Assembly (NCBI GenBank): GCA_963751455.1
Contig: CAVVUN010000015.1
Coordinates: forward strand, 128,001-192,000
DNA: 64,000 bases
Origin: Nitrospirota bacterium
GTDB taxonomy: Bacteria > Nitrospirota > UBA9217
Direction of reading: 5' to 3'
The position numbers were made by a program, and so were the translations under genes. The first letter of the stretch is position 1; each line of letters starts with the position of its first letter. This document shows positions 1 to 9,751 of the stretch, piece after piece. The notes under the pieces were generated by a model that was not told the DNA's origin, made no database searches, and was given only the letters and a program-made list of their open reading frames with translations.

Positions 1-2
1 TT

Positions 3-104
3 TTTGGAATAGAAAACAGGATATTCATCGTGAACGCAAAAGAGGATATTGTGGGAAATATTTCGAGGATTTTGTATTCGTATTACCGGAAAGAAAGCGC
101 TTGA
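3..104 (+). CDS. 3' end of a CDS running in from the left edge (partial, unknown product)
   Basis: Open frame FGIENRIF...YRKESA* ending at TGA 102-104; too short to identify. Confidence 0.35.
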   Translation, partial: FGIENRIFIVNAKEDIVGNISRILYSYYRKESA

Positions 105-128
105 AATTGCACGTACATCAAAGGTAAA

Positions 129-207
129 CCCACCACGGAGGCACTGAGTCACGGAGGAAAAGACATTACTGGTTTTCTCTGTGCTCTCCGTGTCTCCGTG
201 GTTAAAA
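129..207. repeat. REP-like imperfect palindrome
   Basis: accaccacggaggcactgagtcacggag ... ctctgtgctctccgtgtctccgtggtt forms a hairpin next to the stop codon of the HD gene. Confidence 0.7.
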
Positions 208-214
208 CCTGCTT

Positions 215-1009
215 TTACGGGTAATCGGCGTTAATCTTCATAGAAACATATTCATGAAGCATTTCTATAGCGCCATCGATTTCCCGTTGTCGAGGCAGGG
301 TCACAGCTATCTGGTCGATAATATTTCTTTCCCGGACCAGTTCGAGCGATCGCTTGAAGTGAAGATCGAAAATCCAAGAGAGCTGCAGAAGTTTAAAGTC
401 GTTCAGTGTCACAAGCGCCGACAAGTGGACCATCTCCTTTTTTGCAAACGAGTTAAGCACGGATTGAGAGTAGTCTCCATTGTCCGGCAGCCCGAGCGCC
501 ACAGCGGATGCACGGTCTTCATCCGGTGTGCGGTAAAATTCGATAAACACGCGCCAGATATCGAGCTTGTCAGCGTCGCGCACCATTTTTACGAGTAAAA
601 GGAGATCCGGATCAAGGCCGTCCGGAATGGTATAAACATTATGGAGAGTAACGGCACGGATGATATGGTCCTGTTCCTGCTTTGATAAATGTCCAAGCAC
701 CTTGTTTTCGATCAAGGCCTTGGCGCCGAGGGCTGCATGGTTAGCCGAGAGGCGATCGTTATAGGTCCGATAGGCGCCATATTGCGGGAACCTGCCGACG
801 TCATGAAAAAGCGCGACTGCTTCGGCAAGCAGCATTTTGTCCGTTGATAAGGCTAAAGACAGTGCGATCTCCGTCATGTTCGCACAAACATGCCAGGTAT
901 GCTGCTCCTTGAGAAGAATATTCTTCTGGTCCGCCTGGATGGGAGTGTAGAAGGTGCTGCAGAAACCGGAAAACCACGTTTTGAAATTATCTAGCTCTTG
1001 TCTGTCCAT
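215..1009 (-). CDS. HD-domain metal-dependent phosphohydrolase
   Basis: 264 aa; H...LFHDVGRF...H...H...RDADKLD motif pattern of the HD superfamily. Confidence 0.85.
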   Translation of the reverse strand: MDRQELDNFKTWFSGFCSTFYTPIQADQKNILLKEQHTWHVCANMTEIALSLALSTDKMLLAEAVALFHDVGRFPQYGAYRTYNDRLSANHAALGAKALIENKVLGHLSKQEQDHIIRAVTLHNVYTIPDGLDPDLLLLVKMVRDADKLDIWRVFIEFYRTPDEDRASAVALGLPDNGDYSQSVLNSFAKKEMVHLSALVTLNDFKLLQLSWIFDLHFKRSLELVRERNIIDQIAVTLPRQREIDGAIEMLHEYVSMKINADYP

Positions 1010-1132
1010 TGGAATATTGAAAAGCAGTGTTTTGAATTTCGTATTCTACTGTACCGGTCCTGCCCGCGTCAAGCAGGTTTATTCTTAGGTATGGATTGAC
1101 ACCTGCGCGCGCCTTTGCTATCTTGTCCAAAC

Positions 1133-1269
1133 TAACAGGCACGTGAAAAAGTCGTTTAAGTGGTTCGACAGGCTCACCACGAACGGATAAAAGCAAAGAA
1201 TTTTCAAGGGTCCCTCCGTCAGCCCTGAGCTTGTGAAAGGTGAGCGGAGGGTTTTTTCAATAGTCTGTA
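1133..1269. mobile_element. MITE-like element with palindromic cargo
   Basis: Imperfect TIRs taacaggcacgtgaaaaa / ttttttcaatagtctgta enclose a ttcgacaggctcaccacgaacgg ... ccgtcagccctgagcttgtgaa palindrome; same TIR shell as 46343-46692. Confidence 0.65.
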
Positions 1270-1318
1270 AAGAGTGAGTACTTAATCAGCAGCAGTGTCA
1301 ACTCTAGGGGGAGATACG

Positions 1319-1681
1319 ATGTTCATACGGGAACTGAAGGACTGCGAAGAATTTACCGCCGGCGATAAAAGCATCCTGCGTGAGATCCTGCACCCGGACA
1401 AGGCAGACTTGCGGATCAGGTACAGCCTGGCCCATGCCGTGGTGAAGCCGGGACAGACTACCTTGAAGCACCGGCTCAGGACATCCGAAGTTTACCATAT
1501 TCTGGAAGGTGAGGGTGTCATGCACATAGACACTGAGACCCGGCATGTCCGGCCCGGCTCAACCGTCTATATTCCCCCTGAGGCTTTGCAGTTCATTCAT
1601 AATCCGGGTTCAACTGACCTGGTGTTTCTTTGCATCGTGGACCCGGCTTGGCGGAAGGAAGATGAACAGGTGATGGCCTGA
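1319..1681 (+). CDS. Cupin-domain protein
   Basis: HxLxxxEVYHILEGEG and VYIPPxxxQxIxN cupin motifs; ATG 1319 follows a GGGGAG RBS. Confidence 0.85.
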   Translation: MFIRELKDCEEFTAGDKSILREILHPDKADLRIRYSLAHAVVKPGQTTLKHRLRTSEVYHILEGEGVMHIDTETRHVRPGSTVYIPPEALQFIHNPGSTDLVFLCIVDPAWRKEDEQVMA

Positions 1682-1771
1682 AGGGCATTGCAAATTGTAA
1701 AATGAAAATTGTAAACTGCATCGGGGGACTCGGGCATTAACAAAATGCAAATGTATAGCGAAGGAGGTGCC

Positions 1772-2335
1772 ATGGAGGTTTTTGACGCGATCAAATCAAG
1801 AAGAAGCATCCGAAAATACCAGGACAAGCCGGTCGAGGATGAGAAGCTTCACGCCATCTTGGAAGCTGTCCGCGCGGCGCCGTCCTGGGCAAACATGCAG
1901 TGTTGGCGAATGATCGTTATAAAGGACAAGGCGCAGCGTGAAAAAATCAGCAACATGTCGTTTGTGGAGTCTTTTTTCGCTCCGAAGGGATATAAGTCCA
2001 ACCCATCAAAAAAGGCACTTGCGGAAGCTCCGGTAGTGATCGTGCTCTGTGCGGACCCGTCGCAGTCCGGAGTGCTCTGGGACCAGAACTATTATCTGGT
2101 TGATACAGGCATCGCAGCCGAGAACCTGATGCTGACTGCCCGCGCCCAGGGCCTCGGAACGGTTTTCGTGGGCATATTTGAGGAACAGAAGATAAAAAGC
2201 CTTTTAAATATTCCCGCTGCAGTTAGAATTGTGGGACTGTTTCCTCTGGGATATCCCACAGAGGAAAAGAAAGAGGGGCCGCCGCGCAAAGCCATGCCCG
2301 AGATCTGTTTTTATGAGCAGTGGGGGAAGAGCTGA
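1772..2335 (+). CDS. Nitroreductase family protein
   Basis: RRSIRKY, APSxxNxQxW, [19 protein letters not shown] and final LGYP motifs; AAGGAGG RBS. Confidence 0.92.
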   Translation: MEVFDAIKSRRSIRKYQDKPVEDEKLHAILEAVRAAPSWANMQCWRMIVIKDKAQREKISNMSFVESFFAPKGYKSNPSKKALAEAPVVIVLCADPSQSGVLWDQNYYLVDTGIAAENLMLTARAQGLGTVFVGIFEEQKIKSLLNIPAAVRIVGLFPLGYPTEEKKEGPPRKAMPEICFYEQWGKS

Positions 2336-2377
2336 AAAAGTCAGAAGGATTGAAACGCGGAATATCAAGCGGTTAAA

Positions 2378-2512
2378 TAGAGTCTGTATTTAAATGTCCT
2401 TTTTCGTCATGCCGGACTTGATCCGGCATCCAGGGGTTTTTGAAAAGACTGGATTCCAGCCTTCGCTGGAATGACGGCCTTTTGAAAATTAGTAATTAAA
2501 ATACAGACTCTA
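2378..2512. mobile_element. 135-bp MITE with 14-bp perfect TIRs
   Basis: tagagtctgtattt ... aaatacagactcta; internal cgtcatgccggacttgatccggcatcca...ggaatgacg palindrome; left 25 bp recur at 62631-62655. Confidence 0.8.
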
Positions 2513-2577
2513 AATCAAGAAAAAGATAAGATCACATACGAGGTGCTGTTTGCTGAAAAAATGGAAACTCGCTGTTA

Positions 2578-3795
2578 TTATATAAACGCCCGTGTTTTTT
2601 CATTCCATGACGTGACCAAATAGTAGGCCAGCATGATGACGATGATGACCAAAACGGACCAGTCATAGGAAAGATAATGCGGCAGAAATATGCTTTTCCC
2701 CATTGCAGAAGATAGCCTCGGGGATGTGTCCAGAATTCTCTGGCTCAGCGAATTCGAGACGGCAAGGAAAACAACAGCGATTATTTGCTTAAATCCGCCT
2801 TCGGCCGATCGCCAGCATGCACCGCTCCCGCATCCTCCCGCGAAGGGCATGCCGAACCCGAAGACAATCCCGCCAAAAAAACTTCCGAACCAGAACGTTG
2901 GCGCGACGTACACGCTTTCATGCCTGAGGCCGCCCGATTTGAGCGCGGCGAATCCTATCACGCTCACAATGACAGCAATCGCCATGGCCCTCGCCTGGTC
3001 CGCGTTGCCCGACGCGAACGGTTCACGGAAACCCTGGAGAAAGGCGAAGCGGCTGCGGTGAACGATTATCCCGAAAGCAAGCCCGGCAATGAGCAGACCT
3101 GCTGTCTTGATATAATTGTATCCGGTCGCCGGGTCAGTTCCCCGGGAACGGTAAAGATAGGCAGCTATTACCGCAAATACAAGTGCGAGCGTCCCGAGAT
3201 ACGGCTGGATTTTTTTCCAGTCTTCGGTGCCGTGCTTCGCGGCTTTCGGCCGTCCGTCTCCACGCTTGAACCGGAAGACCTGCAATTCCCAGTAAAGGTA
3301 CCTGATTTCGAGATTCACTCCCACGATCAGGCCAGCCATCATTGCGATGCCGCCGAGCGAGAGAGCGCTCGTAGCGCTAAAAAATCCTCCTACATTGCAG
3401 CCTGCTGCCATCGCGGTCCCGATGCCCATGAAAATGCCCCCGATTGCTCCCCGCAACAACTCGAATGGCGGTGCGATTTTCCAGCTGAATTCGCGCGATA
3501 AGAGGGCGGACGTGAATGCGCCCCAGATCAAACCGAAGGTGAGAAGGGAACTGCCGCTCAAGAGAGGGGAGTAAAAAGGGTGAGAATCATACAGTCCGAA
3601 GTAATAGAAGGACCAGTCGACCCATTCTCGCATGCCGCCGACAATCCCCCAGGGCCGGGCCCACGCAAAGGTGAAGACGCTGGCGATACCGAGCAGAAGT
3701 CCGCCCAGCCATGCAGGCCATCTTTTGAAAAAAATCCTGGCGTACGCGTCCTTAAGAAGCGGAATTAAGACTCTCTCTTCCTCAGAACGTGTCAT
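2578..3795 (-). CDS. YeeE/YedE family sulfur (thiosulfate) transporter, fused two-domain form
   Basis: Multi-TM; conserved GxGxxxAAGCNxG and FGxGMxxAGGCGSG Cys motifs. Confidence 0.85.
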   Translation of the reverse strand: MTRSEEERVLIPLLKDAYARIFFKRWPAWLGGLLLGIASVFTFAWARPWGIVGGMREWVDWSFYYFGLYDSHPFYSPLLSGSSLLTFGLIWGAFTSALLSREFSWKIAPPFELLRGAIGGIFMGIGTAMAAGCNVGGFFSATSALSLGGIAMMAGLIVGVNLEIRYLYWELQVFRFKRGDGRPKAAKHGTEDWKKIQPYLGTLALVFAVIAAYLYRSRGTDPATGYNYIKTAGLLIAGLAFGIIVHRSRFAFLQGFREPFASGNADQARAMAIAVIVSVIGFAALKSGGLRHESVYVAPTFWFGSFFGGIVFGFGMPFAGGCGSGACWRSAEGGFKQIIAVVFLAVSNSLSQRILDTSPRLSSAMGKSIFLPHYLSYDWSVLVIIVIMLAYYLVTSWNEKTRAFI

Positions 3796-3801
3796 GGGCA
3801 G

Positions 3802-6090
3802 CTATTCAATCTTAGACGGTTGCGCCGGTTCTGTGGAGGCCGTGGTCGTGGTAATAACAGAAACCGGTTGATCGGGTATTTGAACAGAGCCCGTAGTTTC
3901 GAAGCCCGCAGATCCGCCGCCACCGCCTCCGACAGCTATGCCTCCGATGCCTGTCCCAACCCAGCAGCACGGATAGTAATACGAGTAGCTTTCGGGTAGT
4001 TCCACCACTTTTTTCACATCAAGCAGATCTGAGCCTGCAACCGTTATTGAACGATGTGCTATGGAGAAGATGTCGGCGCCGATGATAACCGAGCGGTCTA
4101 CTGTGTCCTTATAGCTGCCGTAGCCGCTCGTTATGGTTGGAGCCGATATCATTCCGCGCAGGTTAATGCTTGCAGGTTCAATATTAAATACATTGAGTCC
4201 CGAGGTATATGTGTATGTACCCTCGCTATAGAAATTGATTCCGTTGATAGTGGTAGAGGTGCCGGCGGTATAGGTTGAGTTGTAATATGGGATTGTCAGC
4301 AGCCCTTGATAATAGAGGAATGCGTGAGGATCATAAACTGCATTTGACCAACCCGACCCCAATTCGTAAGTGGAAAGAAGCGTGGGGTTCGCGAGATCCG
4401 TCACTTCGAAAAGCTGGAGTTTGTTGCCGCCACTTAAACGTCCAGTGTCATCCGCTGAAGGACCGATTGTCAGAAGCTGCTTATTGCTGTTGTTGCCGTC
4501 AATGAGGTGAATGTAGGTCGCAAATCCGTTGACCTTGATTTCACCGGCAACTTTCGGATTCGCAGGATCGCTCAGGTCCAGGGTAAACAAGGGATCGGTC
4601 TGGCGGAAAGTGACCATGTAGCCGCGGTCCCCGTCATAGCGCATGGAATAGATGCTTTCGCCCGGTGCAAGTCCGGTGATTTTTCCTTTCTCCACGAGTT
4701 TACCGTCGTCCTCGGACAGAACAGCAAGCTGGTTGCTTCTGGTTTCGCCCCACCATCCGCCGCGCGTCGTGCCGATCCGGAGATATCCCTGGTAATCGCT
4801 CATACTGAATCTGTCGTTGACCCACCCGTCCACCATGCCGCTGCCCCTGTATACAGGTTTGCCGTCAGCCGTGTCGACGCTGAACTTGTGTACTGCCGTA
4901 CGGGGCTCCGGGTTCTGCTGAGGTGCGGCCGCATCGGAAAGCGGCTCTATCCACCACCAGTTATTGTCTGAAGCAAGGTAAAGGCTTTCCGTGTTCATGT
5001 AGATCCTGCACCAGGAGCTGAGGACGCCTGAAGAGGCAGGTGACGGATCCTGCTTCGAAATATCGAGACTAACAACGACGGAGATGTCGGTTCCATTTCC
5101 GAATTCAGGAATGTAAACGTCCTGGTAGTTCACTATCGGACCGCTTAAAGGAGATCCGGCAATGCCGCCGGTGTACAGCGTGCGCGTGTAGGATGGCAGA
5201 AGATCGTCGAGAGTCAGCGCCTCTATTCTTTTTTTGTTTTCAGCCAACGCCTGGGCGACAGCTGCTTGGAATGAATTCTGATCATATGGATACGCGAGGT
5301 AGTCCCAGGGCGTAGCAGGAAACGCGAGGTCTATTGAGTGATTCATTACAAGGTAAATGGTGTCATTGATCCTGCGGCTTCCCTGCGCAATACCAGGAAA
5401 AACAAAATTCGCGGTTAACGTTGGAGCTGTGGGGGTTGCTGCATCGTACAAAGAAACCTGAGTAAAATAAGTGGACTGCATGAGGGATGTTTCCGCGGAG
5501 GATGTCTTAACCTGATAATTGTACGTATTTGAGACCAGGGTAACGAGGCTGCCGGACAGATGGAGTTCGCTGATCGGCTGTTTGAGATCGATGTTGCTGA
5601 CTATCGCTGCTTGGTCAGCGGGGCTCGCCTTTAAAATAAGGAAGCGGCTGCCCCGCGCAAGATATATGTATGATCCGTCAGTCTTGACGATATCTCCCTC
5701 ATCGACGCCCTGCTCCTGGTTGTTGGTTTCTGAAAAAGCAAGAGAACTGGATCCCTCGGTACCGGAATCCGTGCCGGCAATCGTTGAAATAGTGGAATCG
5801 GCACCTGTACCGCCGGATGTGCTGCCTCCTGTCGATGGGCCGGTCCCTCCTCCCGTTGACATTCCGAAATCATAATAGTACATGTAGCCGGTATATATCC
5901 GCTCATAACGGCGCACCAGCTCGGCCTTGAGCCGTTTCTTGAGGTCCACGGCATCGACGGGCTTGACGAGCTTGGCTGAAAAGACAAATTCTGAGTCAAC
6001 GGTCTTGTGGTCCCGGCTGCATGAGTTGAAGAAAAGGAGCGAGGAAAGAATAAAAAAGACGAGCAGTCCAAGAGAGCGGTGCTTATTCAT
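3802..6090 (-). CDS. Secreted/lipoprotein beta-propeller protein (Beta_propel family)
   Basis: Signal peptide with FFNSC; NNQxxGVDEGDIVKTDG, GExIYSxR, VTFRQTDPLF and YDPHAFLY motifs. Confidence 0.85.
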   Translation of the reverse strand: MNKHRSLGLLVFFILSSLLFFNSCSRDHKTVDSEFVFSAKLVKPVDAVDLKKRLKAELVRRYERIYTGYMYYYDFGMSTGGGTGPSTGGSTSGGTGADSTISTIAGTDSGTEGSSSLAFSETNNQEQGVDEGDIVKTDGSYIYLARGSRFLILKASPADQAAIVSNIDLKQPISELHLSGSLVTLVSNTYNYQVKTSSAETSLMQSTYFTQVSLYDAATPTAPTLTANFVFPGIAQGSRRINDTIYLVMNHSIDLAFPATPWDYLAYPYDQNSFQAAVAQALAENKKRIEALTLDDLLPSYTRTLYTGGIAGSPLSGPIVNYQDVYIPEFGNGTDISVVVSLDISKQDPSPASSGVLSSWCRIYMNTESLYLASDNNWWWIEPLSDAAAPQQNPEPRTAVHKFSVDTADGKPVYRGSGMVDGWVNDRFSMSDYQGYLRIGTTRGGWWGETRSNQLAVLSEDDGKLVEKGKITGLAPGESIYSMRYDGDRGYMVTFRQTDPLFTLDLSDPANPKVAGEIKVNGFATYIHLIDGNNSNKQLLTIGPSADDTGRLSGGNKLQLFEVTDLANPTLLSTYELGSGWSNAVYDPHAFLYYQGLLTIPYYNSTYTAGTSTTINGINFYSEGTYTYTSGLNVFNIEPASINLRGMISAPTITSGYGSYKDTVDRSVIIGADIFSIAHRSITVAGSDLLDVKKVVELPESYSYYYPCCWVGTGIGGIAVGGGGGGSAGFETTGSVQIPDQPVSVITTTTASTEPAQPSKIE

Positions 6091-6271
6091 AAGGATCCTC
6101 CTTATATATATGGCGGCGCCAGAGGAGAGCTATACGCGTGCCGCAAAAAAGCGCCAGGCGAGAAGAGAAATCTTTGCTATATTTTGTATCGACTAGAATT
6201 TAACAGTTCCCGACTATAGTATCTATTATTAATAAGCGATTGTCAACTCTGCAACTGCCTCTATCCGCTGT

Positions 6272-6757
6272 TTACAAATTCAAAACCTGCCTTATCCGAG
6301 CCGCTATCCGGTCAGGCTCCTGGCGGGCGTCGATAATCACAGCATCAGCTGGTTCCTCCAGAATCTCGAATTGACTTCCAAGCAGCTTGGCTTTCATGAA
6401 GTGTTCCTGCCGGGCCAGTAAGCGTTCGTGAAACAGGTCATAGCTTCCTTTCAAATACACAAACCTGAGATCTGCGATATTTTTCTCCAGGGTGTCCCGG
6501 TAAGACTTCTTCAAAGCGGAACAGGCAACTACGGCAGATCGTCCGGCATGATCGAGTTCCACAACGAGTCGTGCGAGAGCCGCCAGCCAGGGAGCCCGGT
6601 CCTTGTCGGTCAAGGGCTCCCCTTTTGCCATTTTTTCTCGATTGGCAACAGGATGAAAATCATCCCCGTCGTAAAAAGGCCACCCCAGCTGGTTTGAAAG
6701 AAGCCGTCCGATGGTGGTCTTGCCGGACCCGGCAACTCCCATTACAATTATTATCAA
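6272..6757 (-). CDS. gntK: Gluconokinase (GntK/IdnK type)
   Basis: MGVAGSGKT P-loop, DGDDFHPxxN, DRxPWL, ACSALKxxYR, HFMxxxLLxSQF. Confidence 0.9.
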   Translation of the reverse strand: MIIIVMGVAGSGKTTIGRLLSNQLGWPFYDGDDFHPVANREKMAKGEPLTDKDRAPWLAALARLVVELDHAGRSAVVACSALKKSYRDTLEKNIADLRFVYLKGSYDLFHERLLARQEHFMKAKLLGSQFEILEEPADAVIIDARQEPDRIAARIRQVLNL

Positions 6758-6785
6758 AGAATGTCCTTCACAAGAAAGCAATATT

Positions 6786-7226
6786 TCAAGGGTAGTTTAG
6801 AACAGAACCGTTGTTAAGGAGAAGATAATTCGTCCATATGCTCCCCTTTACAGTATCCCTTATTGACACATTTCCGAATCCGGCCGGAGAAGTACAGACC
6901 CATATCCCAATTTTTTCTTCGCTGCCGACTCTTCCATCAAAAATGAGCCCCTCTATGCAGAATGAGCTGTCCAGAAGGGCCTTCGCTTCTTTACATTCTC
7001 CTGAATATGGGTTTTGTTGACATGAATCGCCGTTCGCTTTGATTCTGGCTTTTTCGCATTCAATTCCTCTCGATGGTTTACATACCTCATCGCGAATCTG
7101 CAGATTACCGGGGAACACGGATGTATACCGTATCGTCACGCGAACATATCCCCTGATTTCCTCCTGAGCATGACAGATGAGCGGCAGAATGACCAGGACG
7201 AAGGGCAATAATAATAGCTTCTTCAT
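6786..7226 (-). CDS. Hypothetical exported Cys-rich protein
   Basis: MKKLLLL... signal peptide, six Cys in mature part, AAGGAG RBS. Confidence 0.65.
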   Translation of the reverse strand: MKKLLLLPFVLVILPLICHAQEEIRGYVRVTIRYTSVFPGNLQIRDEVCKPSRGIECEKARIKANGDSCQQNPYSGECKEAKALLDSSFCIEGLIFDGRVGSEEKIGIWVCTSPAGFGNVSIRDTVKGSIWTNYLLLNNGSVLNYP

Positions 7227-7355
7227 GCTAAGCGCTCCTTCTTTTTAAGATGAGGAATTTGTTTTGATGCCCGATGGAGATAGTATGGATAAAGACAGGA
7301 TGGATGTCAATAATATTTCAACTGAAAAAATCCTCTTTTCATGTTATATTTGCGC

Positions 7356-8627
7356 ATGCAGTTTATTGCGGACCTCCACGTTCACTCCCGCTACTCCCGG
7401 GCCACCAGTAAAGACATGTCCCCGGAGGGCATATGGAAATGGGCGCAGCTCAAAGGCGTTACGGTGATCGGCACAGGAGACTTCACCCATCCGGAGTGGC
7501 TCAAGGAGCTGAACGAAAAGCTGGAGCCTGCGGGGAACGGCTTATTCCAACTCAAAAAACAGTTCCGGACCGATGATATTCCTGAATCCTGCAGGTCCGA
7601 CGTGTTCTTTATTCTCTCGGCCGAGATCAGTTGCATCTACAGCAAGAACGGCAAGACCCGTAAGGTCCATGCCGTGATCGTCGCCCCTGATTTTCAGGCA
7701 GCGGATCGTCTTAACAGCACGCTCGCGAATATCGGAAATCTTCATTCCGACGGAAGGCCGATCCTTGGTCTTGACGCCGGAGAACTTCTTAGAATCGCGC
7801 TTGAGGCCTCACCCGACAATCTTTACATTCCAGCCCATGCATGGACTCCCCACTTCTCGGTCTTCGGCGCCGCATCGGGATTCGACTCTCTCGGAGAATG
7901 CTTCGGGGATTTAACGCCGCATATTTTCGCGATCGAGACCGGCCTCTCTTCGGATCCGCTTATGAACTGGAGGCTGTCAGCGCTCGATCATATAACCCTT
8001 CTGTCGAATTCCGATGCCCATTCCCCGGCCAAGATCGGGCGAGAGGCCAATATTTTCGACACCGAATTGTCCTATCAGGGAGTGATACAGGCGATCAAGA
8101 CGCGGAAAGGCTTTAAGGGCACGATCGAATTTTTCCCGGAAGAAGGGAAATACCATTATGACGGGCACCGCGACTGCGAGATCAGTCTTTCTCCGAGCGA
8201 AACCATCCATTACGATTATTGCTGCCCTGTCTGCAGCAGGAAGGTGACGATCGGCGTAATGCACCGTGTCGAGAAGCTCGCTGACCGCGAGCACGGGTTC
8301 AGGCCGCCGAATGCTCCCGGCTTCACTTCGATCATCCCCCTTCCGGAGCTCATAGCACAAGCGCTGCATGTCGGTCCTGCATCAAAAAAAGTCAATGCAG
8401 TGTATTTTTCGATGCTCGAGAAGCTCGGGAACGAATTCAGCATTTTGATGCACGTGGCGACCCAAGATGTAGAGGACGCCGGCTCCGGAAGAATCCGTGA
8501 GGCTATAGAGCTCATGCGGACCGGCAGGGTGAACATAGCGCCTGGGTACGACGGCGAATTCGGAAAGGTCAGAATCTTCGAGCCGGTCAAGCGAAAAGAG
8601 ATCAGGGGGCAGATGAAGCTGCTGTAA
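7356..8627 (+). CDS. Endonuclease Q / YqxK-like PHP-domain DNA repair protein
   Basis: DLHVHSRYSRATS, GTGDFTHP, PAHAWTP, ETGLSSDP, SNSDAHS, GKYHxDGHRxC, CPVC zinc finger, PGYDGEFG. Confidence 0.88.
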   Translation: MQFIADLHVHSRYSRATSKDMSPEGIWKWAQLKGVTVIGTGDFTHPEWLKELNEKLEPAGNGLFQLKKQFRTDDIPESCRSDVFFILSAEISCIYSKNGKTRKVHAVIVAPDFQAADRLNSTLANIGNLHSDGRPILGLDAGELLRIALEASPDNLYIPAHAWTPHFSVFGAASGFDSLGECFGDLTPHIFAIETGLSSDPLMNWRLSALDHITLLSNSDAHSPAKIGREANIFDTELSYQGVIQAIKTRKGFKGTIEFFPEEGKYHYDGHRDCEISLSPSETIHYDYCCPVCSRKVTIGVMHRVEKLADREHGFRPPNAPGFTSIIPLPELIAQALHVGPASKKVNAVYFSMLEKLGNEFSILMHVATQDVEDAGSGRIREAIELMRTGRVNIAPGYDGEFGKVRIFEPVKRKEIRGQMKLL

Positions 8628-8776
8628 AACTGATAGGGGACAGCAACTTGCTATGCCCGTTCAATATTCAAGATTTAATATTCACTGTATTCGCGGGGCA
8701 GAGTTTCAGCTATAGAGTCATGGAGCAGAAATAAGAGAAAAAGCCTGCCCGATCCCGGCCGGCACAAGGAGCGTCA

Positions 8777-9370
8777 GTGAATATCTCCGTCATCCTTGGT
8801 CATCCGAAAAAAGAGAGCTTATGCCATGCGATCGCCAAGACCGTTGTCGATGAGCTGAAGAAGAACGGGCATGAAGTTCAATTCCACGACTTGTACGAAG
8901 AAAAGTTCGATCCCGTTCTTCAGCATGAAGAAGTTTCTAAAGATGCGGAACTCGACCCTGTCATCCGGCGGCATTGCGCGGAGCTCATGAACGCAGACGG
9001 CATTATCGTGGTCCATCCGAACTGGTGGGGACAGCCGCCTGCCATGCTCAAGGGCTGGATCGACCGGGTGATCCGGCCGGGCGTGGCATATGAATTCCTG
9101 GTCGGTGACAGCGGCGAAGGCGCGCCGCGCGGACTGCTGAAAGCTAAGGTGGCGCTCGTATTTAACACATCGAATACCGGAAAAAAGCGGGAACACGAGG
9201 TGTTCGGCGACCCGCTCGAGACACTTTGGAGAAACTGTATTTTCGGTCTTTGCGGGATCAGGAATGTTCATCGGCGGATGTTCGGAATCGTAGTCACGAG
9301 CAGCATCGAACAGAGAACGGATTGGCTGAACGAGGTTCGATCGGTCATACGCCGGGAAATAAACGAATAA
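8777..9370 (+). CDS. NAD(P)H-dependent oxidoreductase, flavodoxin-like fold
   Basis: GHP, DLYxxxFDP, PNWWGQPPAMLKGWIDRV motifs. Confidence 0.9.
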   Translation: MNISVILGHPKKESLCHAIAKTVVDELKKNGHEVQFHDLYEEKFDPVLQHEEVSKDAELDPVIRRHCAELMNADGIIVVHPNWWGQPPAMLKGWIDRVIRPGVAYEFLVGDSGEGAPRGLLKAKVALVFNTSNTGKKREHEVFGDPLETLWRNCIFGLCGIRNVHRRMFGIVVTSSIEQRTDWLNEVRSVIRREINE

Positions 9371-9415
9371 GAATGAAATGCCGTACGGGTAACTAATAGA
9401 GCATAGGGGGAAATC

Positions 9416-9733
9416 ATGAATGAAGAGAGATTGCTTGCGGATTTTATTAATGAATTGACCAGGGCAAAAAAAAGCGGAGCTCTCTACGTCAGCGTGGTTG
9501 AGACAAGCGAGGACCTGATCAGGATCTATTTTGAAGAGGGGAAGGTCTACCACATTCGCTACGGCACGGCTATCGGCAATGACTGCCTCGACATCCTGGA
9601 ATATTACAATTTGTACAGCGCCACGTTTTTTCAGGGGATCAAGGCGCCGGACAAGCCTGCCGCGGATCTGCCGCCGTCTGAAGCGATCGTTTCCAGAATC
9701 GCATCGTTCAAGAAGACAGTTAAAATAAAATAA
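9416..9733 (+). CDS. Small stand-alone DUF4388/PATAN-like protein (paralog of 37146-37463)
   Basis: KKSGxL...IYFxxGxV pattern; shares VVExSEDLIRIYF and EYYxLxxATFFQ with the paralog. Confidence 0.6.
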   Translation: MNEERLLADFINELTRAKKSGALYVSVVETSEDLIRIYFEEGKVYHIRYGTAIGNDCLDILEYYNLYSATFFQGIKAPDKPAADLPPSEAIVSRIASFKKTVKIK

Positions 9734-9751
9734 GCGGCGCCCCTGAATATC

